Source of the DNA: Halocafeteria seosinensis
Lineage: Eukaryota
Direction: 5' to 3'
Assembly (NCBI GenBank): GCA_001687465.1
Contig: LVLI01000201.1
Coordinates: 1 to 64,000 of the forward strand
DNA: 64,000 nt
Every line of letters starts with the position of its first letter. Within the stretch, counting starts at the first letter, position 1. Under the pieces are notes generated by a model, which had not been told where the DNA came from, did no database searches, and saw nothing but the letters and a program-made list of their open reading frames with translations. A program made the translations under genes and the position numbers. Below, in pieces: positions 36,801-51,000 of the stretch.

Positions 36801-39076
36801 TGTACGAAGGTAAAGCTAGCCATGAGACGGAGCGGTCAACCTATGTCGCCCAAACAGCTGAAGCACTTAGAGAAGAGGTGAGCCGGCAACGACAGTCCAT
36901 CAAACGATATATAAACCAAACGCATGAAATGCAAGATGAGAACTACGAATTGCGGAGGCAATTGCAAGAGAAAGCACAAAACGATCAGACAGATAAAATG
37001 AAACAGCAAGTTGAGGAAGATATCAAGCGTATGGAAGAGCTGCAACAAGCTCTGCAAGAACAAGATCAAAAACTTGAGCAAGAAACGGAAGAGCAGAATC
37101 GTATTACTTTGGAGAAAGACTCAAGAATTGAAGAACTTTCAAAGAGGTGTGCGGAATTGGAGAATGAACGGGATGAAGTGAATGCGAAGGTTCAGCAACT
37201 CGAAGAAGAAAAGAACGACGCGAGTCAACAGGCTCAAGAGGAGCAAGCGGCCCGACAGCGCCTCGAAAATGAATACAGTGAATTTAATACCCGCGTCGAG
37301 GAGTTGCAGAACCAGTGTGAACAAGCCGAATATGAGAAGCGGTATATGGAAACAGAGGTTTCAGGGCTTAGAGAGGCACGAGACGTGCTAAGGCTACACA
37401 ATTTGCAGTTCACCCCGCATGGAAAGGGCTCTGCGAAATTTGCTCACGGTGGTGATATGTCGAGCGCCGTAATTTGCAACCAGCGTCCTCGCAGTGCTTC
37501 GTCGCGACGCAACGAGGGCGATGTAGAGCATGGAATGCTCCATCGTCCCTTGAGGGCTCGCTCAAACTCTATGCCTCCTATACCAGCCGTCTCAAATGTA
37601 AGGGTGGATGTCGAAGAACTAAAAAGATTTTCAGCGACGTCAATTGTAGTTCCATCTTTAGAAACGGTGTCAAGAGAGGAGAGATACAAAAACGCCGTAA
37701 CGTCGTTTGTCTGGGAGCTAACCAAACCTTCCGATTCCGGCGAAGGCGCGCAGTCTGAACGAGCTAAGGCGTTAAGTGTTGGCACGGATGAAACTGAACA
37801 CGTTCCTACGCAAGAACGAGTAACTAGTGCTCCTGGAAAATTTAGCTTTCAGAACTTTGACATTCTCAACCAACCATGCTTGTACTTGGCTATGGGAACG
37901 ACAGACACTGGACGAACGTGGTACAAGATTGATCCGTGCGGAACTCGAAGGTTTTCTGATACTGACGTGATGAACAAATATAAATACGAGGAGCTTCATA
38001 AATACTTTCGAGAGAAAGAAAAAGAAGAGCAGGAAGCGTTAGAGAGAGGAAGTGATGGAACATCCGTCTTGCATAAACATCAATTCTATTCTCATGGTTC
38101 AGGAGAGGAGGAAGAGTCCCTCATAGCAACCAAGGGTTATAGTGCTGGAGCTCAAAAAGATGTTCCAGCGTCCGCTTTGTCGGATTTGCGGCAACAAGTT
38201 GAGTCCCTACAGCAAGAGAACGCTATACTGTTATCGGAGAACATGTCGCTAGGGAGGCTCAACGGCGAATACAAGAATGAAATAGAGTCGTACCACGACC
38301 AGGTGAAAGAGTTAAAAACTGAGAATCAGGACTTGCAGCAGCGAGTCACGGCTTTGGAAGAAGAGAGGGACGAATTGAAAGCCCAATTTCGTAAACTACA
38401 GGACGCTTACGAGTTACTCCGCGGTGATTGCGATTATTACGAAGAGAAAGTTGATTCTCTTCAAGAGCAATGCAATTCGCTGCAAAGAGAAAATGAGCAT
38501 CTGAACGCGACCACGGTGGCATGGAGCTATCACCGTCGTGTGGAGAAGCGATTATCTGCAACGGTTTCGAGTCATGAGTCGCTAGAAGCGCTGCAATTGC
38601 AACAGGCAGACGAGCTGGAGCAAGCAAGAGAGCGGCTACAAGAACTAAACCGGAGAAAAGAGACACTAGAGGAGGAACTGCGCCGCACGCATAGCCGGTT
38701 AAAAGCTGCTTATGATCATGAGACAAAACAATGGAAGACGTTGATGCACAGTAGCTCACGACTTTCAACTTCGCAGAGCAGTCACCAGGGTGGGAAGTCG
38801 ACCGCTACAGTCGAATCGCGCGCTTCAGAACTCTCCAGGCTTTCGTCGTCTTCACAACATATTGTGAGGCGATATGGAGCGATTCGAAAACGTTTACTCA
38901 CTCAGATCAATCTCCTCAAGAGTGTCATCCCTGCGGACGAGGCGGGTGTACCGAAAGTGAAGCATGTGACAGCCAAGGATATCGTGGAATGCGCATCGAC
39001 GTTGAAAATGTATGTCCTCAAAGAGTTTGATGCCCTAATGGAGGCCGTTAAGGAGGAAAATGAAGCATATCAATGA
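33894..39076 (+). CDS. Long coiled-coil protein, multi-exon, unknown function
   Basis: Disordered first exon, short GT-AG introns near 34.6-34.8 kb and 35.5-35.8 kb, then a ~1100-aa E/Q/K-rich exon. Confidence 0.8.
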
Positions 39077-39093
39077 ACAATAACTAGACATGT

Positions 39094-42000
39094 TTATCTG
39101 TTTTGTTTCTGTTCCCTCTTAGAAATTCCGTTCATACCAGGGGATGTCTTCAGACGCTCCACACCACCACCATTATAATTAGCTCCTACTATGGGATCAG
39201 CAGGGACGCCACTTTGCTCGGTATCTACCGTCCTATCCACCACTGGTTTGTCACTCTTGGTAGGAGTTTTGTCAAAGGACTCATGGCGCCCGCTGCAGTG
39301 ACTATTTCCTTCGTATACGACCGTCGATGCGCACTCTTTTCTATGCGAAACCGTTGATGTAGCGGTGCCTGCTGGTTTTTCTTTTGTCCAAGCACTTTGG
39401 ATAGTCAGACTGCTCTCGCCATTAACTGACGTTTCCGAGGACACATGATTACACTCCGGCTCTAGCTGGTAGCCGAACTCCTGGTGCATTTTCTTGATTT
39501 CGATGAGGTACCGCTCCATGGTTTGTCTCTGTGCTTCCCAATATCGCTTAGCTAGATAAACAACGTAAGCACACACAGCAGCGCAAGCAATCGAAAACAA
39601 GACCGCAGCAATCGCAAGGTACCTTCCCAACTGTGTATCGATGAACGTCGGGCTCACGAAACCGGCATCAACGGTGGACTGTTCAACCGCGTCGATGCGT
39701 TTCAACAGACCTTGCATATTTCGTTCCAACATCTCCACGTTTTCTTTTACTGCACTGTAGTTAGCTTTGCTGTTCTGTAGTTGCAAACGATGCTTATCCA
39801 AACGAGTGCCGTAATTTTGGATAATTTTTTCATACTGCTTCTGCCAGTTGTCTAAATACTCGTCCATTATTTGCTGTTCCATAGCTAACTCTTTAAGCCG
39901 CGACGTTAGCATTTTAAATATGCTTGATCCCGGGGTAGCTTTGATGTTCATAACCGATGCCGGCTTACCACCTTTCAATGATTCTTGAAGACTGTCTCCT
40001 GTTAAAACATCCGCCAGTCTCCCCCCCTCTAGTGTGGAGCCGCTGTCCAGAACAGAGCTCGCATCCGAGAGGTTAGGGTCTGAAAAGTTCTCTAATGAGG
40101 AAGCGGATGTGTTCTCCCCAAAGAGGAGAAAATCATGTCCTGCATAATCCCTCATGGACTCGTTGAGGTGGTGCTGCTCTTCTCTCGGCACCGTAACGGA
40201 TGCGTTGCTTCCGATCGAGGAATAGACCCCACAACACCAGTCTCTTTCAGTTTCCGAGCAACAGCGTACCGGGCTTGTGTCTGTAGAAGATTCTCCAGCA
40301 GGAGCATTAGTTGGGGCAGGAGGGCAGCAAAGCAGCGATTTCGGCATTCCTTCGAAATATCGCGTGGGTGTGGTACGACATACCCCATTGATCATTTTAT
40401 GCCACGAGTACCCGACGAGTGGTAGATGACCAGGGAGGGGACACTTTCTGTAAGAGGCACTGAACGCCTCATGAAAAGTATTTGCGAATTGAGAAGTGGA
40501 AGTATTGAATTTTACTTCCTTTAGGACCGACATGGAATCTCTCCGAGGCTGGACTACTCGTGCCTTACCAACACAATTGTAGGGTGGAATATGCATCAAC
40601 ATGCACCGACTTTCTGCTTCCAGGATTCTCCGCTTATCATGCGTAAAGAAGCATAACCCATTCAGTCCTCTAATGTAATGCAACCAGCCAACAGCAGAGG
40701 ATAATGCGTTCGTGTTGGAATCAGATGGTTGCCTCGCAGCACTAGCCTCCTCAACCAACATTCCATCGCCAGACGTATATTCTACAGGTTGTTCATGGGA
40801 AGGTAGCATCCTTACGTCCTCATCGTCCAAGATTTCCGAGTCGTTGGTAGCTTCTGACAAATTCAAAGCCGCAAAGACAACGTAATTCGATGGTAGTTTC
40901 ACGGCTTGTTCACGTCGGGAATCATCAACCTCGTCACCGCATTGCAATTCGATCCTGTCACCTAACGCAACGCCTGCTTCAAAGGACGGCTGCGCATCGG
41001 CCGTAGATGAGGACGAATGGATCCCCGGCAGAGCAGTTGTACTTGAAACCCTATAGCGTGGCTGCTCTCTTGACTCATACACGACATCTGACCCTCTTCT
41101 GGAAGCGGGATCCACTGTCGTTGACGGAGCGGGTGTTTCTGTAGATCTCTTCAACAGACGTTCCTCCTCCGCCTGGGATATCTTGTCCTCATCTTCACTC
41201 TTTTGCATTTCCGCTCTAAAATCTTCCATAATGGTTGAACCATGCACTTGCAAACTTGTTAGAGTGCAGTAAAATTCGTTCCCATAGTGACTGAGCCACA
41301 CAAGCTTAATATAGCGAGTCCATGGATTGCTTGACACGCTGAAAGTTTGTTCACCGTAGACCTGCTCTAACAGATGTTGATCCCATCCAGATTCACATAG
41401 CATAAGATGATCCGCGAGCAAAGACTTACATCTTCAGCAGTAAAATTCCCTAGCAGGATCCACTCGTTGGTAGGGTAACGCTGACTTCCTAATACCAAAA
41501 AGTCCTTAATTGAGGAAGAATAGCGTTCATAATTGGCGAGTACTACAGTGTCCACGAGTACCTGTTTAATGGGAAGGACTCAGAGCAATTTGCAAACAAA
41601 AACGAACAACCGTTCACCTCTCCAGCACTTACATCCTCTGATAACCCTATCACAACAAATTTCGATTTGTCACAAGGACTCATACAATAAGCATCTTTAT
41701 CATCAACAAGCAAGTTTTTCGCTCCTTTGGCCTCTGGGTTCTTTGCCAAAATTACTGCTCCTGCAGCTTGTGAAGCAAAATCCGGTTTGGATGAATCATC
41801 TGTTTCAGAGTCTGTCATTTCCTCTTCGGCAACGATGTTTACAGGAGCTTCAGGAGGATTCCCCTGGACATTATTGACATCCAGGAGACTATTAAGTTCA
41901 GCTTCTCGCTGTTGCTGCTTTAGCTGAGCTTTGTATTCTTTCAGGCTCAGTTTAGGTAGCTCTCGAAGACCCTGATCAGCTTCCTCATCGTCATCTTCTT

Positions 42001-42742
42001 CATCTGGTTTCGGACTTGGTTTTTCAGCCGGTTCATGTTCCCAGACTTCTGCTGAAGAGGACTCGGCGCTGTATGTGCTACTTGGAGATTCTGTTGCAGT
42101 CGGGGTAGCTTCCGTCACTGTCTCTGAGCCGGCTGTGGCCGCATCTGTTGCGGTGGCCAGTTCGGGGACTGAACCTGTTTCAGGACATGTGGACGAAGCC
42201 AAAGTCACTTCACTTGTTGAGCTCGTCTCATACTGTACCCCTCCTCTTCCTACAGACTGAGACTGAGCCAGAGGGGGTTGGGAAGGACTGCCTTCTGGAC
42301 TGGGTGCACTTGATGTGTCTGCTGATAAAGGCTGCATGTCATCTGAATTCCCTGAGCGTCCTGAAGTTGAGGTTGGCGTCTCCATAGTCTCTCCCAATGC
42401 CGCAGCACCCTCTGAGGCACTCTGGCTGTTCATTGTCTCGGACGGGGTATCCTCTGCCATTGCTACCAGACCAATACCCCCTGTAAAAGGTAGTAAATGG
42501 CGTGATCGACTACTAGTCAGTCCAGAGCTGATGCGTTGATACGGCGCTGTATATGGTCTATACAGCACCACACTCCTCCGGGAGTCTCCATCAACATTGT
42601 CCGATAGAGGTATGATACTATTATACAGAAGAAGCAGCAACAAGGCGCCCAGAAAGCGTGTATGAAATAAGGCGAAACTGGCGTGGGAACGCCGAATTCG
42701 CTGCGAATTCACGTCCATGTTACCACCTGTCATTGCTATCAT
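39094..42742 (-). CDS. Mid-SUN domain protein (SUCO/Slp1/SUN3-5 type)
   Basis: [60 protein letters not shown]-terminal TM, coiled coil ([12 protein letters not shown]) and C-terminal TM; two introns. Confidence 0.92.
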
Positions 42743-43191
42743 ACAAAGCAACACCTCAACTGAGGCCTAAACGGTAAAAAGAAAAACTATTCCTATCATC
42801 GTAGACGCTGTTATGCCCTCGATTATGGCGACATCTGTTTCTATGATCAACAAGTGTCAATCTTTCCTTTCGCTTTTAGACAAAGTGCTGCTTCGTCGCG
42901 AAGCGACCAACGTCAGAGCTGTATGTATGTATGCAACGTTCGCTACGGGATTTGAAGGACAAAGTTTCACATTTTAAGCGCTCAGCGTGGATATGGAGGG
43001 TCGTCTGCTCCAAACACGTGCTACACTCGCCAATGGAGAACCGTATCCGTACAATTGTACTGTGGTACCCTTCAATCGCGGTATACGCGGATCTTCACTC
43101 TGGAAAAGCCGAAATAGCACATATTAGTCATGATTACGGTATATCTGGTATTGTATTTACACCAAAATCGTTTTATGACTAGACGTCTTCA

Positions 43192-43284
43192 GGTAGGAGC
43201 AATACTAATACACACACTTCAAACTGCAGCACGGGGACGTACCGTGGTAATATATGGTATACGAATATGAGTATGGCTCCTACC
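43192..43284. repeat. Short element bounded by imperfect inverted repeats (MITE-like)
   Basis: ggtaggagcaatact ... agtatggctcctacc, 14/15 complementary; both arms are copies of the dispersed motif. Confidence 0.5.
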
Positions 43285-45058
43285 GCTAGTGCTCGTATTC
43301 AGACAATTAATCCCCACTAGACTACAGTAAACATCGAGAGCATTAGCCGATATGCGCTGCGCCTCGGGGTATGTGAAGGCCCTGAGGATTCAAAGCCGCA
43401 CATTCGGACGGGAGCCGTCTGAAACATCCTCCCGGAAAACGGGTTTTCTCCAGTCCTTCCGTTCAGCTTTCCGGTTGGCCAGATTTTCCGGTGTTATGCA
43501 ACTTGCCTGTAATCAGTTGCTCATAGGCACACTATAAAATAGTCGTTCGCGTTATGGTATAATTATGAGTTTCACCCCAGAACGTTCAGTGGCATGTTGG
43601 CCACAGCCGACCAGCCTTCGTTTGATTTGGGTCGTCTGGGACGCTGTTCTCCATATCGACGGAGTAATGCAAGTTGGAATGTGTGTATTGGTATTGCTCC
43701 TACCGGGAGACGTGCCTGCTACAGGTTACGCTACGCTGTGTGAGGGGTGTTGGAACCATCGTTTGCGCTCAGATGATCTCGCAGGGCGCAAGCGTCAAAG
43801 CGTCAGAGGCTCTGATCAATGAAAGCTCGAGGAATCGAAACATCGTGGTGCCAAGAAATACCTGTTACGTTGCAGAATCTCCGAATATATCTGATTCAGC
43901 TGCCTTAACAATGTTAGTAAGATGTACGGTGTAACTTGTCGCCGCTTCTTGCGATACTATCTTAATTGGAGTGAGTCCCATCTCACTGCTGACCTTATTT
44001 CATGACGCTGATTGAACTGTGTACGAGGAACAGCTGCGCCGATTTTAGCCTCGTTAGAATAGCAGAGATACTGCAACTCAATGTCAGTATATCCAGCACA
44101 CGCATGACCCAAGCTTAGCGAACTCAGTTGCCAACGGTTCGTTCACACATCATTGTCTACACACCAATAGGTTGCCACTCCAATCCTCAAGTGAATAAAA
44201 CCCACAATCCTGAATCCTCTATTGAAAGGCACTATCCGCTGCAGGCTCTGTATACTTCTTGAAACTAGCTATGGACCTTGCCGAGTCCCCATTGGGTCTG
44301 ACCTCTGGTGCTCTATCGTGTGATGGTTCTCTCCCTTCTCTCTCTCTTCCCGCGTACTTCTTGTATCTGAAACAATCAACACGAAACCCTAACCGAGGCG
44401 TGCAAGTTAATGTGTCGGCCGACCTGGCATATACAATTCGTACGCATTGTACCAGAGGTCTGTGTACGCGCGGAGACCAGTGTCATGAAATTGATGACAC
44501 GAATCGCCAGTGCGTAGCACGTGTGGCTCAGTGGCTCACGGAGCCAATTACAGTACGTCACATCCGAAAATCTCCAAACCTTTCAACAAAACTATGACTA
44601 ATGATTCATCATCTGCTGTACGAGTATTCGCTCTGCTGTGCATGTATTACACGTGGTTGCATAATATTGATTGCGCTTCAAGCCTTCGACTCGCTTGCCC
44701 AGAACTTCAACTTCCCGGAATACAGGCTATTAGTCAACATTCATGCGGTTGTATCGCTGCGTATCACTCCCATAGTGTAAAACAAGTGGTTATAGATTAC
44801 AGGACAATTAGAACACTACTGTACTTGGGACTGCTCCTGGTACTAGATTCGCCCCACTTGCGAGCTGAAGGTACCACCATTCCTGTATGAAGGTTCCATG
44901 GTGGTGATCTCATCATTTACTCCGCGTATATACACTGTACACGTGTTTCTTTCGAACTAAGCGCTTTCGGGTCAATTTTCGCATGCAGCATCGCTTGTCT
45001 CGATTGGTACAGTAAAGTCTTCGGACCGACCCACTCCATATGGCGGTGCGAACAGGAA

Positions 45059-47939
45059 ATGATGGTCTACTGGGGGCGAATCGTAACGGTATTGTCTGTT
45101 CTCACTGCATGCACCGCGTCCGAGGCGAGACAAGGTTGGTCTCTGGATTCCTCGAGTATGGACCAGTTACGACAACAGACCGCAAGCAGACATACACCAA
45201 GTGGTGGCTGGCGTGCGCTCGGAGCGAACAGAACGGGGTTGTTGCGGAATGATCACGAGCATCCTCACCAGAACTGTGGCACGCGCGTTCAATACAAGTA
45301 CAACTGTCAGCAACGGGAATGCAAAGACCGAGTATGTTCAGTCGCGTTTCCTCTAACTGGAGTGATCTTCCTGAAGACCATACTCTGTTAATGTTTTCGC
45401 TCCAGGTTTCCGGATTTATTAATTACATCATGATTTACGACTGCCAGTGGTCTTCCGTCAAACCTCTGGTTTGGATTGGCTTCGTTTTATGGCTATGCTT
45501 TCTCTTGTACATGCTTGGAAATACTGCGGATGCGTTCTTTTGTCCCGCTCTAGAGGTCATTGTGGCCATCTTCAAAGTGTCTGCGGATGTAGCAGGTGTC
45601 ACATTCTTGAGTTTTGGAAATGGAGCCCCAGGTACGGTTGCATTAGCTGAGTGACTGCATCGCAAACGTGCATGCTGTCTGAGTTCAATGTTTGTAATCC
45701 AGATGTATTCGCTTCTTTGGCCGCGTATATCTCCGGGGAGGGACAAGTGGGGGTCTCTGCTATTGCTGGGGCAGGTAGGCACATGGCTGTTGCGTGGAGG
45801 TGTAATGAAGTTCGGAAGAGAAGTTCTAAATGTTCATGCAGGTGTTTTCGTAGTGACCATTGTTGTAGGTGCAATTTGTCTTACGGACGAAGTACAGCTT
45901 TCTAGGAGGTTCTTCTTGCGAGACGTCGGTTTCTATTGCATCGCGGTTATATACCTTGCGGTAAACTTCTGGGTCGATTCTCTCACTATTGGGCAATCTC
46001 TTGGTTTCATTTTTCTGTATACTATTTATGCTTTGATAGCGACCTGCGGCGAACGACTGTGGGGTGACCCTCCTGATGGCAAAGAAACTGCTGGGGTCGA
46101 CACTCGGCCCCTGTTGGATGACCCTGAAGCAACAAACGCAGGGCAGTTTGAAGTTTCTTCAAGGGGAGCTACGGTGCCTTCCGGGAAAGAAACTGAATCA
46201 GAGTTTCCGGAATTGACGACCATTTCCAGCCACTCCTATATTGATACAGCATATTCGTTGAACAAATCTTCGAATAACAAGAAGCTCCAACCCTCCCGTG
46301 CGGCGGATGGTCGTAGGATACCTGGAAGGGAAACTTGTTTGGCACATAAGACTCCGAGCGAGGACTGGGAGTTTGCTTTAACTGCAGCTGAGTTAGATCA
46401 GTTGACAGATGATGTTCAGCAAGAGATGGGTAGAAACGAGGATACAAAAGCATCGGATGGCGATCAATTCCATGGTACCCGAGCTCGGTTTTTGTCAGTT
46501 CAACCGGGGGGTATATATCCCAGGAGAATGGGTGCATCGGAAAAACGTCTACAACTCCGGCATCATAAATGGCGGAATTGGATTGGGAATGATGCCCACC
46601 AGCCGCTTTTTCATTCAAACTATAAATGGGTTGAACGACTCCTTGGCTCCGTGGCAAGGAAAGCTTCAAATCGGTCCGAAAGGGGTACAGAAGTGCGGAG
46701 AATCTCGCGAAAGCCTTTAAATGTATCTCAAGACCCTCAAACTATCGAATTAGATAATAAAGATACGGAAAACGGTGAAGACGAGGTTTCACAATTCCCG
46801 TTGTTGGAAAGATGGTTTGGCGCTAAATCCTACTTTGGGGTTTTCACATATTATCTCGTGCTTCCAAGTTTTGTACTACGAAAGATGAGTGTACCAGTTC
46901 TTCAATGGGATGATTACCAGTGGCAATGGGTAGCAAGTAAGTTTACGTATATTTAGTATATTTTAATTGAGGGGTGTGTCATTGCAAGGGCTCTCATTTT
47001 CTCCCCCTTTCTTCCTACAGTCACCCCAACGTTCGGGACGCCATGGATTGTGTTCACCGTGATGGGGATAGTTGGTCTGAATCCAAGATCATTTGTTGAA
47101 GGTATACATCCTCAGGTGCGGTGGGTAAGTAGAAACTGGGACGTTGCAAAGTATGCGCACTGGATCAAGGGTCTTTCATCTAAGCATACAGTTATCGTGG
47201 GCACTTATATTTGTTCTTGTCGGCTTTGGGACTTCACTATTGTTGTACATCCATCTGCGGAAACGAAACTATCCCGGAAGCAAGACACTGAATGTTCTAA
47301 CAGTATTTGCATTTTTGAGCAGTGCTGGGTAATTAATGCAGCCAATGAAATCGGTACGTGTCATTGGAAGAACCTATAGCCATGTGCTGATTGGGATCCA
47401 TTGGTCGCGTGGTTGCAACTTGCAGTAGGGCTGCTAACTGCGGCAGGATTATTTCTTAGGGTTTCTCCATCCCTCTTGGCGATGTCGTTACTTGCGTGGG
47501 GTAATTCTTTAAGTATGCTAATGACGAAGTGCTTGAGGTGGAATTAGTCAGCCCTGTGATAGGGAAAGTTTTGCTCGCCGCAGGTGACTTGGTATCGGAT
47601 GTAACAGTGGCGAAACAGGGATTTCCTTCAATGGCTATTGCGGCTACCTACGCCGGCCCATGTTTCAATCTACTGATGGGCTTGGGATTGTCTACTATGG
47701 TCGGTATCGCAAAAACCGGAAATCTAAAGCTGCAGCCGCGAAACGATAACGGAAGCATAAATGAGCGAGCAGCCCACAGTGTTTGGTGCACCCTTGGATT
47801 TCTCCTTGCTTCTTTGTTGGTGGTGCTTGTCATAGTCCCCTATTGTGGGTATAGGACGACGCGGTACTTAGGAATGCTTCTGATTGGGATTTACGGTGTA
47901 TATTTTGTAACGGCCATCACGTTAGAGTACGTGAGTTAG
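45059..47939 (+). CDS. Cation/Ca2+ exchanger, CCX/NCLX subfamily, multi-exon
   Basis: GFINY, TADAFFCPAL, alpha-1 repeat AGVTFLSFGNGAPD, alpha-2 repeat LLAWGNSL.DLVSD, YAGPCFNLL. Confidence 0.92.
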
Positions 47940-48003
47940 TACAAACGGTGAATATATGCGCTCACACATCAAACTTAGAGGCCCCCACCCCATTTGCAGG
48001 ATG

Positions 48004-51000
48004 CTATTCTCTTTCTTCGACAACTTTCGGAGCACCATTGCTCTCACCTTTCATCTTGTCTTCCAAATCATCATCCAACTCCGATGGGTCCACGAGATAA
48101 TAGTCTGCGAAATCAGCTGGTCGGTCACGTGCGGGAAGCAGCCGCATAATCACACCAACGGGAAGTGCTAGCGCTCCTAAACCTACAGTAACTCCCCAAT
48201 GTTTCGCCTCCAGCCCAGAGGTTTCCGTGAAGTTGCCTCCAACTTCTACGATGAAGATTTGCAGACCAATGGTAATCACAATGATGGTCAAGAACACAGG
48301 ACTCCTATGAATGCGTTGGAGGATGTTCATCTCGTTCCCAATTCTACGCGAGTTGAACTCGTTGAATATCTGTGCAAAAACGAAGGTGTTAAAGATAAAC
48401 GTATTGAGATACTCGGTGAATTCCGCGTCCTCGATATGGTCCTTTCCTAAGTACTCTGCTACTTGCGAGTGACTAAGGTTGAAGGAAGACCCGTCACTCA
48501 GTAAAATGCCCATCAGTAGGCCGATCTGAAACGCCGACTGGAACAGAATGTGCCTCCACATCTTTGGCGACAGGAGCGAAGCATGACTCGCAAACGGCTT
48601 CCGATCCAACAGTTCCCGGGTAGGTTCCTCCGTACCCAATGCTAGCGCACCCATAGAATCCATTATTAGGTTTACCCACAACATCATCACTGCATTCAAC
48701 GGAGGTTCTCGTTGAGTTACAGCTGCGAGAAACGTTATCACAAGAGCGACCACGTTGACGGTCAGCTGAAACTGCAAAAACTTCCTGATATTGTCATACA
48801 CAGAGCGACCCCACATGACTGATTTCACTATAGACGCGAAGTTATCATCAAGAATGACAATGTCGCTCGCGTTACGAGCTACATCTGTACCACTGATGCC
48901 CATGGACAGTCCTACATTTGCTGCCTTCAGTGCTGGTGCATCGTTTGTCCCATCTCCTGTTACACCTACTACAGGTCTATATACTCGGTTTCCACGCTCG
49001 CTAAAATTTGTTTCTTCCCACTCGGTAACGTATCCTGGCATCAAACTTCTCCAATTAGCCTCTGTAAATTCTACTCCCGGATGTTCGGAGCACCACTCTT
49101 CCTCTGTTGAAGGGACGTCACCATTTATTCGCTTCACAAGCCAATGCTTGTCTTCCGGGGAGGACCTCGCCAGCACCTGTAGCTTAGGCAGCGCACGATC
49201 TATCTCGGCAATAGACATTCTTCGAAACTGCGGGCCTTCCAGTACAACGCCGCCTTTAGTGAGAATACCGCAGCGACGAGCAATCGCTTCAGCGGTAGCT
49301 CTGTTATCACCGGTTACCATTCTGACACGAATCCCGGCAGTTTGACACGTCTTGACAGCATCCACAACATCTGGACGTAACGGATCCTCAATCCCCAGCA
49401 TAGCATAAAAGGTATACCCACTCTTTGAGTTCCCACCTTGCTCCACTTCTTCTACACCCAAATTCTCAACAGTTTCGGCATTAACAAACCACTCTTGATT
49501 GGTTTCTTGATACCAGTGCTCCTCAATCTCGGCTCGAACTTCCTCTCTACGCGAGGGAGGGATGGATGCCAGTCCTTTGTCGATGCGCTCCTCAGGACAC
49601 TTTCGGAACCCAGGCAGCTCATCCATACTATTCAAGTCAAGATACGCGTAACCCAGAGTTCGAAGAGCATCTCCAGCCATATAGTCTTGCGCCTTGGCCA
49701 GAGTGCTACGCTTGTCAGCGTCTAACGACTCGATGTTTCCCTCCTGGATTTGCCATGTCGTGCATCGTTGCAATATTGTTTCCGGAGCCCCAGTGATAAG
49801 AATACGAACAGCCTTCCCTGAAGGATCATTATCAGGTAGTCTATAGATTGTGCTGGCCATTTTCCTCGACGAATCGAATAAGTGGTGCTTCATGTAACGG
49901 CCTTCAATGATGGTATCATCTCGAACTTTCTCTGGATCCCATCCAGCACTCCGAGCGAGGAATAAGCCTGCACCTGCTGTCTTACTTCCGGAAACGTCCA
50001 GCATTCCTGCTTCTCTCCGTTTCTCGTCGCTGCTTTCCTGAAGAAATGCTGTTGTGTTCAAGCAAACGTGAGTAAGCAGAATGTCTCGCATCGAACCTGG
50101 TAAACGATCGTTGACTGTTCGCGCCGTGTCTGAATCCTCGCCCGGGTTAATTGTGTTGACATCGCGGAACGAAATATGCCCCATGGGACAGTATATGGCG
50201 GACACGCTCATTTGGTTTTGCGTCAAAGTCCCTGTCTTGTCCGAGCAAATATCTGTTGCATTTCCCATCGTCTCACACGCAGAGAGAACTCGGACAAGGT
50301 TCTTGTCCCGCATCATTTTCATCGTGGAATAAGCAAGTGAAATCGTGACAGCGAGGGGTAATCCTTCAGGAATTGCAACCACGATAATAGTCACACCAAT
50401 AATAAACGCACGTAGAACCCATCTACCGGGACCACCTTCGTCGTCAATCACATCCGGTGAAGTACCGATCATTATCATCATACAGATAAACGTCAAAACT
50501 GCTGCTAGTGTACCAAAGTAACCGATCTTCTTTACCATCACTTCCAGCTTTTCTTGAAGGGGAGTATCTTTTGTTTCTTGGGCCGTCGCTTTCCTGATTC
50601 GCCCTTGCATAGAGAGTTCACCGACAGCTACCACAAGCATCCTCGCCGTACCACTGGACACTTGCATTCCGGACAGCACAACAGGCCTCTCCTCAGGGTC
50701 ACAATCCAAATCACCCGACTCGCCAGTCAAGTTAGCACTATTCAACTTACACTTGTCGGAGAACGTACACAGACCATCGGCGGGAACCTGCGCACCGCCT
50801 TCTAGTTCTATGACATCACCGACGACGATATCAGGGCTCTGCACTTCCACCTTGTGCCCATTTCGCACCACAGTTACTCGCAATTCTGAGTCAGAGGCAC
50901 TTTCGAGTTTCAAAAACTGTAGTTGCTTCTTGTAGTCATTTCCAGCAGAAACCAACGAAACAATCAAAACAGCAATGAGGATGGCAACCCCATCAACCCA

